Source: Eubacteriales bacterium (lineage in GTDB: Bacteria; Bacillota; Clostridia; Oscillospirales; CAG-272). Taken from it: a stretch of DNA of 41,397 nt. Below the pieces are notes generated by a model. That model saw only the letters and a program-made list of their open reading frames with translations, was not told where the DNA came from and searched no databases. The stretch covers positions 1 to 41,397 of the forward strand of contig JAZOMJ010000067.1 of assembly GCA_045653865.1 (NCBI GenBank). The letters run 5' to 3'. Of the stretch, positions 25,818 through 34,165 are shown piece by piece. The translations under genes were made by a program, and so were the position numbers. The first letter of the stretch is position 1. Each line of letters opens with the position of its first letter.

Positions 25818-26027
25818 TTATTCTTCATCCTTTACATACTCGAGAATGTCGCTTACGTTACACTCTAAAACCGTGCAAATGCGATCTAAAATGTAACTGT
25901 CATAGCGAATAACACGATTTTTATAGTAACGGTCGATGGTTTGAAATTTGATTTCTGTTCTCTTTGCCAATTCGTATCTTGTAATGCCGCGTTTTTCTAA
26001 CATTTTATCAATCGTGAGTTTTACCAT
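25818..26027 (-). CDS. XRE/Cro-C1 family helix-turn-helix regulator (69 aa)
   Basis: Typical short HTH_XRE sequence: MLEKRGITRYELAKRTEIKFQTIDRYYKN ... LDRICTVLECNVSDILEY. It starts 12 nt after the copA stop. Confidence 0.85.
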   Translation of the reverse strand: MVKLTIDKMLEKRGITRYELAKRTEIKFQTIDRYYKNRVIRYDSYILDRICTVLECNVSDILEYVKDEE

Positions 26028-26039
26028 TTTTATGCTTTT

Positions 26040-28595
26040 TTATTTTTCCTTACATTCATATCCTGCGGCTGTTACGGCTGCGATGAGGGTGTTTACAGAG
26101 ACGCTCGATAACGCATCTACGGTAGCTGTTTTGGTGTCGAGGTCTACCGATACAAGGGTGACGCCTTTGACGGCTTCCAGAGCTTTTTTGACGTGTGCTA
26201 CGCAATGTTGACACATCATGCCCTCAACGGTGAGAGTGTGGGTTACGTTTTCTTTCTTTTTCATTCCAAACATTTTCTTTTCTCCTTTATTTAGTGGAAT
26301 AAAGCGCAGACGTAGCGCGTTAGAGACAACAAACAACGAAGAACAACTCATTGCCGCTGAGGCGAGCATCGGGCTGAGCTGCCAGCCAAAGAAGGGGAAG
26401 AGAGCACCTGCCGCCACGGGAATGCAAATGGCGTTGTAGAAAAGTGCCCAAAATAGGTTTTCTTTAATAATGCGCAAGGTCGCGCGGCTCAGTCCAATGG
26501 CATCGGCTACCCCAGAGAGGGTGTTACCCGAAAGGACGACATCGGCACAATCGATAGCAACCTCAGTTCCTGCTCCTACGGCAATGCCGATATCGGCTCT
26601 TGTGAGCGCGGGAGCATCGTTGATGCCGTCGCCCACCATTGCACACGGAGAGGCCGCAGAAAGCTCGCGTACGATGCGTTCTTTATCCTCGGGCAAGAGT
26701 CCTGAGCGATAGCCGTCAAGCCCTGCCTCTGCCGAAATTGCCGCAGCTGTGCGCTCGTTGTCGCCCGTCAGCATCAGGGTGGAAAGACCGTTTTCTTTCA
26801 GCGTTTGAATACTCTTGGCGGCTTCCTTACGGATGCGGTCGGCAAGCGCGAGGACGCCAATCGGAGTGTCATCCAGTGTGACGAGCACAACCGTTTTGCC
26901 TTGGTTTTCTAAATTTTGAACATCCGAAACAATGTCATAAACACCGCTTTTTTGCACAACGTGTAGCGAAAAAGCGGTGTTTTCTTGCACTTTGGCGTCT
27001 TTTTGATGCGTTTGGTATTTTGCAAGAATGTCCGCACTCGGTCTGCCAATTTGGCAAGTATTGCCATCAATGGTGGCGCGTGCGCCAATGCCTACGAGGG
27101 TTTCAAAATCGGTGACGGTTTCGAGTGTGGCGATGCCAAACTCCTCCGCACCGCGGCAGACCGCCTCCGCGAGGGGATGCGAGGAGAGGTGTTCCACAGA
27201 TGCGGCAGTCAGCAAAAGAGCCTCTGCGGTGGTTCCATAGGCGTATACGTCAGTGAGTGCCGGCTTGCCCTCGGTAAGGGTTCCGGTTTTATCGAAGACA
27301 ACAGTCTTGATGGAGCAGAGTTTTTCGAGCGCCTCCGCAGAGCGGAAGAGAATGCCTTTTTTGGCGGCTCTGCCAATGCCCACGGTAATTGCCGTAGGAG
27401 TTGCCAAACCAAGCGCACAAGGGCAGGAAATGACCAATACGGAGATTGCAGAGCGCAATGCTTGCTCTGCGTTTTGCGTTGCAATAAACCAAACAGCAAG
27501 CGTAAGTGCGGAAATCACCATTACAATGGGAACAAACACCGCGCTCACCTTATCTGCTACGCGCGCTATGGGCGCTTTGGAGGACGCGGCATCCTCAAGC
27601 AGGCGAATGATGCGAGAGAGTGAGGAATCCTCACCAACGCGCTCTGCGCGCACTGTAAGGGCTCCCGAGAGCAGTATGCAAGCCGCACGCACATCAGTTC
27701 CCACTGTTTTCTCCACAGGCATGCTTTCGCCCGTCAGCGCAGATTCGTCAACGCTTCCGCTACCCGAAAGCACAACACCGTCGGCAGGAATGCGCTCTCC
27801 TGCACGGATGAGGATGATATCGCCTTTTTGAAGTTCTTCAATGGGCTTGAGGGTTTCTTTATTTTCTTCTAAAACAGTTACAAAAGTCGGGGCAAGGGTA
27901 GAGAGCGAACGAATGGCATCTGCGGTTTTATCCTTGGCAAAGGACTCCAAGAGTTTGCCGAGCGACACGAGTGTTAAAATCATTGCGGCAGACTCAAAAT
28001 AGAGGTCGTGCAGATAGTTGTGCACCGTTTCTGCGTTTTGGGCGGTTACAATCATCACGAACGCGAAAAGTCCGTAGAGAACCGACGCGCCCGCTCCCAC
28101 GCAAATGAGGGAATCCATATTGGGTGAGCGATTCCACAGAGCACGCGCTCCGCTGATAAAAAAGCGGCGGTTGAGGATGAGGACGGGGAGTGTCAGCAAA
28201 AATTGCGCCAAGCACATCCATGCGGCATTCTCAACGCCTCTCAAGAACACGGGAGCGGGAAGCCCAGCCATAGAGCCCATCGAAAGATACATCACGCCAA
28301 GCGTGAAAATAGCAGACAACACAAGACTTTGGATGCGTTTGCGGCTCTCTTGATTCGTTTTTTTCTCTTTTTGGGGTTCGGTCACCAATTCATATCCCGC
28401 GCTCTTAACCGAGGCGGCAAGGCGACTCTCCAAGCTCTCTACGTCGGTTGCATCATCTACGATAAGAAAAACGGAGTTGGTAAGCAAAGAGACGTTTACG
28501 TTCTCTTTTTCGCTCACCACCTTGCAAACCGCTCTTTCCACGTGGTTGACACACGCCGCGCAGGTCATACCTTTAATTTCGTAGTGTAATCTCAT
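26040..28595 (-). CDS. copA: Copper-translocating P1B-type ATPase with N-terminal and C-terminal heavy-metal-binding (HMA) domains
   Basis: 851 aa. Motifs: N-terminal GMTCAACV, TGES, CPC (SCPCALG), DKTGTLT, GDGINDAP, and a C-terminal 77-aa ferredoxin-like HMA module with GMMCQHCV (26040-26273). Confidence 0.93.
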   Translation of the reverse strand: MRLHYEIKGMTCAACVNHVERAVCKVVSEKENVNVSLLTNSVFLIVDDATDVESLESRLAASVKSAGYELVTEPQKEKKTNQESRKRIQSLVLSAIFTLGVMYLSMGSMAGLPAPVFLRGVENAAWMCLAQFLLTLPVLILNRRFFISGARALWNRSPNMDSLICVGAGASVLYGLFAFVMIVTAQNAETVHNYLHDLYFESAAMILTLVSLGKLLESFAKDKTADAIRSLSTLAPTFVTVLEENKETLKPIEELQKGDIILIRAGERIPADGVVLSGSGSVDESALTGESMPVEKTVGTDVRAACILLSGALTVRAERVGEDSSLSRIIRLLEDAASSKAPIARVADKVSAVFVPIVMVISALTLAVWFIATQNAEQALRSAISVLVISCPCALGLATPTAITVGIGRAAKKGILFRSAEALEKLCSIKTVVFDKTGTLTEGKPALTDVYAYGTTAEALLLTAASVEHLSSHPLAEAVCRGAEEFGIATLETVTDFETLVGIGARATIDGNTCQIGRPSADILAKYQTHQKDAKVQENTAFSLHVVQKSGVYDIVSDVQNLENQGKTVVLVTLDDTPIGVLALADRIRKEAAKSIQTLKENGLSTLMLTGDNERTAAAISAEAGLDGYRSGLLPEDKERIVRELSAASPCAMVGDGINDAPALTRADIGIAVGAGTEVAIDCADVVLSGNTLSGVADAIGLSRATLRIIKENLFWALFYNAICIPVAAGALFPFFGWQLSPMLASAAMSCSSLFVVSNALRLRFIPLNKGEKKMFGMKKKENVTHTLTVEGMMCQHCVAHVKKALEAVKGVTLVSVDLDTKTATVDALSSVSVNTLIAAVTAAGYECKEK

Positions 28596-28655
28596 AAGTT
28601 TCCTTTTATCGGTTTATTTGAAGTTGTATGTTTGCTTCATTCTTCGCTTTATCTC

Positions 28656-28684
28656 ATTATACCCTATTTAAGAGAAGTTGTCAA
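28656..28684 (-). promoter_or_regulatory. copA promoter (TTGACA-17-TATAAT)
   Basis: The minus strand reads TTGACA (28684-28679), acttctcttaaataggg (17 nt), TATAAT (28661-28656). This is a perfect consensus. Confidence 0.6.
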
Positions 28685-28747
28685 CAAGTGTTTTTCATTA
28701 TTAAAGATATAATAATTGTAAATTTTATGTAAATTGTACGCGCGGGC

Positions 28748-28776
28748 GTTGTAAAATATTATTATATATGTTATAA
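28748..28776 (+). promoter_or_regulatory. dnaA promoter (TTGTAA-17-TGtTATAAT) inside a very AT-rich tract
   Basis: TTGTAA (28748-28753), 17-nt spacer, TATAAT (28771-28776) with an upstream TG. It lies 50 nt before the dnaA ATG. Confidence 0.55.
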
Positions 28777-28825
28777 TATATATAATTATAACTCGCGACA
28801 TCAAAATTGTGAAAGGAGATTGTTA

Positions 28826-30256
28826 ATGCCTTCTCAAAACTACATCGAAGAAATCAAAGAAATATGGAACATGGTAAAAGAATCCTTCCGTTCTGAAATT
28901 CCCGAGGCGTCTATCGACCTTTGGTTCGGGGAAATCAGCGTTATTTCTTTCGATTCTTCTTCTGCGAACAGCACTTCCTCGGAGTACACACTCACATTGG
29001 GAATTCCCTCTGCTTTTAAGTTTGATATTGTTAAAAACAGATATCTTGCCACCATCGAGCAAAAATTCTGTCAGTTATTGGGTTTCACCGTCTGCGTTAA
29101 CCTCACTTTTACAGGTTCCGCTTCTGCGGCAGATAGCATCAGCAGCAATGTAATCGGCTTAAAAACAACTCCAAAAAAAGAGGAAACAGAGGTTAAAAAC
29201 ACGCTCAATACGCTCACCGATTACAATTTTGAATATACCTTTGAAAACTTTATTGTAGGCAGTACAAACAAATTTGCACACGCCGCTTGTGTGGCTGTTG
29301 CCAACCGACCTGCCAACTATGAGTCGGATACAAGACGTTCGCTTTCTACATACAATCCCCTCTTTATTTACGGCAACAGCGGTCTTGGCAAAACGCACTT
29401 GATGCACGCAACCATCAACCGCATGAAAGAGAACAATCCCGACATCAAAATCATCTACACACGCGGTGAAGATTTCACCAACCAGATGATTGCTTGTCTT
29501 GCCAACAAAACCATGGCAGAGTTCCACGAAAAGTATCGCAACTGCGACGTGCTTCTCATCGACGATATTCAATTCATCGCCGGTAAGACATCCACGCAAG
29601 AGGAATTTTTCCACACCTTTAACGCTTTGTACGACGGAAAGAAGCAAATTATTTTGACCTCCGACCGTCCTCCCAGAGATATCAAAACACTTGAGGATAG
29701 ATTAACCTCTCGCTTTGAGTGGGGACTTCTTGCCGACATCGAGCCGCCGGATTTGGAATTGCGTATTGCAATCATCAAAAAGAAGGCAGAGCAGGTCAAC
29801 ATCACCATTCCCGATGACGTGCTCACATTCTTGGGTGAAAACCTGCGCTCCAATATTCGTCAAATCGAGGGCGCCATCAAAAAGCTTGGTGCGCTTTCCT
29901 TCCTCTCCGGCAAAGAGATCAATATGGAACTCGCACAAGAGTGCATCTCCGAGCTTCTCGGCGGTGCTGAACCCGTAAGCGTTACTGTTGATAAGATCTT
30001 CAATCTCGTTTACAACAAATACGGCATCAACAAAGAGAGCTTGACCGGCAACAAAAGAAATAAGGATATTGCAAACACACGTCACATTGCTATTTATCTG
30101 ATTCGCGAGTTGACCGAGATGTCTTTCCCGAGTATTGCAAAAATTTTTGAGCGTGACCATTCCACCATTATTTCTTCTCACCGCTTGGTCGAAACCAAGA
30201 TGTTGGAAAGCTCTGCATTTCTTGCAGAGATCAACGAACTCAAAAAAGAAATTTGA
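28826..30256 (+). CDS. dnaA: Chromosomal replication initiator DnaA
   Basis: 476 aa from the ATG at 28826, with AAAGGAG 8 nt upstream. AAA+ Walker A (GNSGLGKTHL), Walker B (LLIDDIQF), and C-terminal DnaA-box binding domain (ANTRHIAIYLIRELT, DHSTIISS). Confidence 0.96.
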   Translation: MPSQNYIEEIKEIWNMVKESFRSEIPEASIDLWFGEISVISFDSSSANSTSSEYTLTLGIPSAFKFDIVKNRYLATIEQKFCQLLGFTVCVNLTFTGSASAADSISSNVIGLKTTPKKEETEVKNTLNTLTDYNFEYTFENFIVGSTNKFAHAACVAVANRPANYESDTRRSLSTYNPLFIYGNSGLGKTHLMHATINRMKENNPDIKIIYTRGEDFTNQMIACLANKTMAEFHEKYRNCDVLLIDDIQFIAGKTSTQEEFFHTFNALYDGKKQIILTSDRPPRDIKTLEDRLTSRFEWGLLADIEPPDLELRIAIIKKKAEQVNITIPDDVLTFLGENLRSNIRQIEGAIKKLGALSFLSGKEINMELAQECISELLGGAEPVSVTVDKIFNLVYNKYGINKESLTGNKRNKDIANTRHIAIYLIRELTEMSFPSIAKIFERDHSTIISSHRLVETKMLESSAFLAEINELKKEI

Positions 30257-30257
30257 G

Positions 30258-30720
30258 TTTTCCATATACCAAACCAACTTTTCCACATAGTTTTCAACAG
30301 ATGTGGAAAAGTTGTTGGAATTTTTCTTTTTTTACACAGTTTGTCCCATTTCCCCCTACTGTTTAGTGCTCACGTACCGCAAAAAGGATTGTGGAATGCC
30401 ACAACAAGAGAGCGGTGGAAAAGTTTGGTTTTATTTGGCTTTTGATGGTTATCCCACCTTGTTTTCCACAAGAGTTTTCCACTCACAAGCATTTTAAAAA
30501 AGAAAAGTTGAAACCCAACAGTACTTTTAGCACTTTTCATTGTGCCAACATTCGCCTCGGGGCAGTGTTCCTGCATTTTTCTCAACCTTTTTTCCACATG
30601 CAAAACGCACAACATAGGCGTCTTTTTGCATATATGTCACCGTATAAGAGGCTTTCCACAGTTTCCGCAGCCTCTACTAATATTACTATTTTATTGTTAT
30701 ATCATTCTTTCGTTATATAG
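30258..30720. promoter_or_regulatory. oriC: DnaA-box cluster plus AT-rich unwinding element in the dnaA-dnaN spacer
   Basis: **DnaA boxes**
- TTTTCCATA at 30258-66
- TTTTCCACA at 30279-87
- TGTGGAAAA at 30302-10
- TGTGGAATG at 30390-98
- GGTGGAAAA at 30414-22
- TTTTCCACA at 30462-70
- TTTTCCACT at 30475-83
- TTTTCCACA at 30590-98
- CTTTCCACA at 30652-60

After the last box comes a GC-rich segment (gtttccgcagcctc), then TAC TAA TAT TAC TAT (30675-30689) and an AT-rich tract to about 30720. Confidence 0.85.
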
Positions 30721-30767
30721 CGCGAGCAACCGCAAGTGCACGAAACGATTTGAGAAAGGAATTTTTT

Positions 30768-31919
30768 ATGAAGATTGTATTCAACCGTCAATATGTAAGT
30801 GATGCAGTAGCACCCTTGATGTGCGCAGTATCCGGCAAGTCCACCTTAACTGCTGCCGAGGGTATTTTAATTGAAGCAAACGCCGACGGCTCTTGTGTAA
30901 TGACTACTTTCGACCTTGAAAAGGGTATGCGTGTTCAAATCGAAGCCGAGGTTGAAGAGGCAGGCGCGGCAATCATCAACGCGCAAAAGTTTGTGCAAAC
31001 CATTCGCGTAATGGATGGCGACAGTGTTACCTTGACCGTGAGCGAAAATATGCAAGCTTGCATTTCCAGCGGCAAATCCAATCACAAAATGACAGCACTC
31101 CCCGCGGCAGATTATCCCACTATCCCCCGTCTTGTTACCGAGGATGGCTTTGTAGTCGGTCAAGCAGTGCTCAAAAAGATGCTTTCTAAGGTTATGTTTG
31201 CAATGGCATCCAACGACCAACGTCCCGTGCTCAACGGTTGTTATTTCCGCGTCAGCGACAACGAGCTTCTCACTGTTTCCTGCGATAGCTACAAGCTGGC
31301 AAGATGCGCAACCAAGACTGCTCTTGAAAACAAGAACGAGGACGGCTCTGCATTGAAGTTTTCCTTTATTATTCCTACAAAAACCGTAAACGAGCTCTTC
31401 AAACTTCTCAAGGATGACGAGCGCGAGGACGTTCGCATTTATATGAGCCGCAAGAACATTGTGTTCAATATTGGCGATATGGTATTCTTCTCCCGTCTGA
31501 TTGAGGGTCAATACATCGACTATGACCGTATTATTCTCAAAACGCACCGCATTTTTGCAACCGTTGACCGCGAAAAGATGATCTCTGCTCTCGAGCGCGC
31601 AGCTCTCGTTACCGAAGAAAAGATTGCGGGCAGCGTTCGCTCTCACGTAAAGCTTGAGTTTGACGGTGGTGTGCTGCAAATTTCCGCTGTTTCCACTCTC
31701 GGTAGCACCTATGACGAGATTGAGGTTGACCAAGAGGGTGACCGCATCCTGATTGCGTTCAACAACCGCTTCCTGTTGGATAGCTTGCGCGCAAGTGATG
31801 CAGAAAAGGTTCGCATTTCCATGACCTCGGCGCTCACCAGCATCAACATTGAGCCTGCAGAGGAAGACGAGGAGTGCACCGACCTCTTCATGCTCCTGCC
31901 CGTTCGTATGAAAGAGTAA
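30768..31919 (+). CDS. dnaN: DNA polymerase III beta sliding clamp
   Basis: 383 aa from the ATG at 30768, with AAAGGA 7 nt upstream. Three-domain clamp pattern; N-terminus MKIVFNRQYV...; position after dnaA/oriC. Confidence 0.93.
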   Translation: MKIVFNRQYVSDAVAPLMCAVSGKSTLTAAEGILIEANADGSCVMTTFDLEKGMRVQIEAEVEEAGAAIINAQKFVQTIRVMDGDSVTLTVSENMQACISSGKSNHKMTALPAADYPTIPRLVTEDGFVVGQAVLKKMLSKVMFAMASNDQRPVLNGCYFRVSDNELLTVSCDSYKLARCATKTALENKNEDGSALKFSFIIPTKTVNELFKLLKDDEREDVRIYMSRKNIVFNIGDMVFFSRLIEGQYIDYDRIILKTHRIFATVDREKMISALERAALVTEEKIAGSVRSHVKLEFDGGVLQISAVSTLGSTYDEIEVDQEGDRILIAFNNRFLLDSLRASDAEKVRISMTSALTSINIEPAEEDEECTDLFMLLPVRMKE

Positions 31920-31928
31920 TACAAATAA

Positions 31929-33029
31929 ATGGAATGTAACAAAATCTCCATTCGCAATTTTCGCAACATTGAGGCGGCAGAAATTGAGTTTGAGAGTGGT
32001 GTGAATATTCTGTGCGGTGAGAACGCACAGGGCAAAACCAATCTCTTGGAAGCAATTCATTTCACCTCACTGGGCAAAAGCTTTCGCACCACGCACGATG
32101 AGGAAATGATCCTCTTTGGTGCCGAAAGTTGCGAGGTGTCAATGGATTTTACCGATTCGCTTCGTCGCCAAAACATCACCGTTCGAATGATGCCGGGCAG
32201 ACGCAAGCACATCGAGCACAATAAAAACAAGGTCACAAAGGTCTCCGACATTGTGGGGGCGTTTCGCACTGTTCTCTTTTGTCCCGAGCATCTTTCCCTC
32301 ATCAAAGAGGGACCGAGTGAGCGGCGCAACTTTTTAGATATTGCGCTCTCACAGCTCTATCCCATGTATCTCAAAAGTTTACAACGCTACAATCAAATAT
32401 TAAAGCAACGCAACCAGCTCATCAAAGCCGCCGAGGACGACAGGGCAACCTTTGAAGCAACCGTCGATCTTTGGTCGGCGCAGCTTGCGCACGAAGCGGC
32501 GGTGATTGCAAAATATCGCTACCGTTACATTCAAATGGCGCAAGAGCACGTCAATCGCTTTTTTGGAGAGATGACGGGTGAGCGCGAAACGCCAAAGCTT
32601 GTGTATCTCGGTTCTTCCAAGCAATCTCCCGAGGAGTACGAGGATATAGAAAAGACCGAGGCGGCATATTTGGAACTTCTCAACACGCGCCACGACCGCG
32701 AAATCGGGGCAGGGAGCACGCTTTGGGGCATTCACAAGGATGATATTGAGATATTGCTCAACGATAAGCCCGCGCGCGCCTTTGCATCGCAGGGACAGCA
32801 ACGCTCCTTGGCGCTCTCACTCAAGCTTGCCGAGGGGGAGGTTTGTGCCTCCGTGTGCGGCGAGAAGCCGGTATTTCTGTTTGACGACGTCTTTTCCGAA
32901 CTTGATAGCACGCGACGCGCGTATCTTTCGGGCAAAATTGGCGAGCGGCAGGTCATCATCACCACTTGCGAGCCCTCGGGCATCGCCGGCGGCAAGATGA
33001 TAAGGGTAGAGAGTGGGACTTTTCAGTAA
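31929..33029 (+). CDS. recF: DNA replication and repair protein RecF
   Basis: 366 aa with Walker A (GENAQGKTNLLEA), ABC signature (SQGQQRSLALSLKLAE) and Walker B (VFLFDDVFSELD). Confidence 0.93.
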   Translation: MECNKISIRNFRNIEAAEIEFESGVNILCGENAQGKTNLLEAIHFTSLGKSFRTTHDEEMILFGAESCEVSMDFTDSLRRQNITVRMMPGRRKHIEHNKNKVTKVSDIVGAFRTVLFCPEHLSLIKEGPSERRNFLDIALSQLYPMYLKSLQRYNQILKQRNQLIKAAEDDRATFEATVDLWSAQLAHEAAVIAKYRYRYIQMAQEHVNRFFGEMTGERETPKLVYLGSSKQSPEEYEDIEKTEAAYLELLNTRHDREIGAGSTLWGIHKDDIEILLNDKPARAFASQGQQRSLALSLKLAEGEVCASVCGEKPVFLFDDVFSELDSTRRAYLSGKIGERQVIITTCEPSGIAGGKMIRVESGTFQ

Positions 33030-33038
33030 ATAGAAAAT

Positions 33039-33368
33039 ATGGAAACTTATAAAGAAAAAATCATTGAAATTATAGCAAATTCTTCTATCGCTTTTCTCCT
33101 GTTGTTGATCTTGGGCTTGAGTGTGTATGAGTTGTATCAACTCTGCAAGGCACAAAGAAAACCAAGAAAAGGAAACATTATTTCAGCAGCTATTATGATT
33201 GTTCTTCAAATGTTTACTGCTTTGCTTGAACTTTTTGATTCAAGCATCAATGCAGAAACGTTAGCATACGCAACGATCATTATTGTTGTTTGTCTGTGTT
33301 TTCTTGTTCCCGAGTTGATCTTTTACTATCGAATGAAAAAGCAAGGCAAAGATAAAAAAGAGGAATAA
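33039..33368 (+). CDS. Small membrane protein (109 aa), unknown function
   Basis: Three hydrophobic helices and a lysine-rich C-terminus (KKQGKDKKEE). The gene is AT-rich compared with its neighbours. The SD is weak. Confidence 0.6.
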   Translation: METYKEKIIEIIANSSIAFLLLLILGLSVYELYQLCKAQRKPRKGNIISAAIMIVLQMFTALLELFDSSINAETLAYATIIIVVCLCFLVPELIFYYRMKKQGKDKKEE

Positions 33369-33384
33369 GGGGCTTTACTTTCAA

Positions 33385-33517
33385 GGCTCCCCTGTGCAAG
33401 GGGAGCTGTCAGTCGACAGACTGACTGAAGGGTTGGTTCTAACTAATAAAAAAGAATGAAATCAACCCTTCCGTCATTTTCTTACGAAAATGCCACCTCC
33501 CCTTGCACAGGGGAGGC
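33385..33517 (+). repeat. Composite double-hairpin unit F (type II arm 33385-33436, 25-nt spacer, inverted type I arm 33462-33517)
   Basis: Sequence: ggctcccctgtgcaaggggagctgtcagtcgacagactgactgaagggttgg, then ttctaactaataaaaaagaatgaaa, then tcaacccttccgtcattttcttacgaaaatgccacctccccttgcacaggggaggc. Confidence 0.88.
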
Positions 33518-33572
33518 TTTCAAGAAAGATGCTAATCAATTATAAAAATTCTTTCAAGAAGGAAAAAGTTAA

Positions 33573-33824
33573 ATGTATTTACACGTAGGAAACAATCAAA
33601 ACATACGCGAGCGGAACATCATTGGCATTTTTGATGCCGACACGGCAACCGTTTCCGCCATCACGAAAAAATATCTCTCGGCGGCGGACGCGCGGCGCGC
33701 GGTGGAATTCGCATCCGAGGAAATTCCCAAGTCCTTTGTTTTGTATAAGGATAGAGAGGGAAACTTTAAGGTCTGCTTTTCACAGCTTGCAACGGCATCG
33801 CTTGTGGGCAGGTCGACACATTGA
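33573..33824 (+). CDS. remB: DUF370 protein (RemB/YaaB-like)
   Basis: 83 aa (MYLHVGNNQNIRERNIIGIFDADTAT ... PKSFVLY ... FSQLATASLVGR). The recF-remB-gyrB synteny is as in Bacillus. Confidence 0.8.
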   Translation: MYLHVGNNQNIRERNIIGIFDADTATVSAITKKYLSAADARRAVEFASEEIPKSFVLYKDREGNFKVCFSQLATASLVGRSTH

Positions 33825-33888
33825 TTGAAGCAAAAATCAATTTGTTAAGTTATACAATTCAAATAACATATGAGGCGATAACTAACAT

Positions 33889-34118
33889 AGGGCTCCCTCC
33901 GAGAGGGAGCTGGCGCCGAAGGCGACTGAGGGAGCCTTCCGTGTACGAAAGTTAAGCACTCTGCTTATTGCAAGTGGTATGTTAAAGTGCCGCGTGCTCC
34001 TTCCGGTTCACTTCGTTCACCACCGTCTCGCTGCGGCTCGGTCACGCTCGTGTTCTAACAGTCCACCGGACTGTTATTCATTGCACTCGCGCCGCTTCGC
34101 TACCTCCCGGAGGGAGGC
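33889..34118 (+). repeat. Divergent composite unit G (type II-like arm 33889-33935; inverted type I-like arm with expanded middle, about 33985-34118)
   Basis: The 5' arm is gggctccctccgagagggagctggcgccgaaggcgactgagggagcc. The 3' end is ...ccgcttcgctacctcccggagggaggc, preceded by the hairpin aacagtccaccggactgtt. The order (type II-like arm, then inverted type I-like arm) is the same as in units F and H. Confidence 0.6.
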
Positions 34119-34165
34119 AAAAGTGACATTCGCGTCAATAAAAATATCAAGGGCAACAACATAAA

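Noticed and set aside
28596-28825. Second half of a bipartite oriC upstream of dnaA, or a CopY/CsoR operator
   Set aside because: The region is very AT-rich but I could find no 9-mer within one mismatch of TTWTCCACA. The TGTAAATT direct repeat (28717-28738) and ATACCCTA near the copA -10 do not match the TACAnnTGTA cop box or a complete CsoR palindrome.
30867-32060. 397-aa ORF antisense to dnaN and the recF start
   Set aside because: Shadow ORF spanning two well-supported plus-strand genes.
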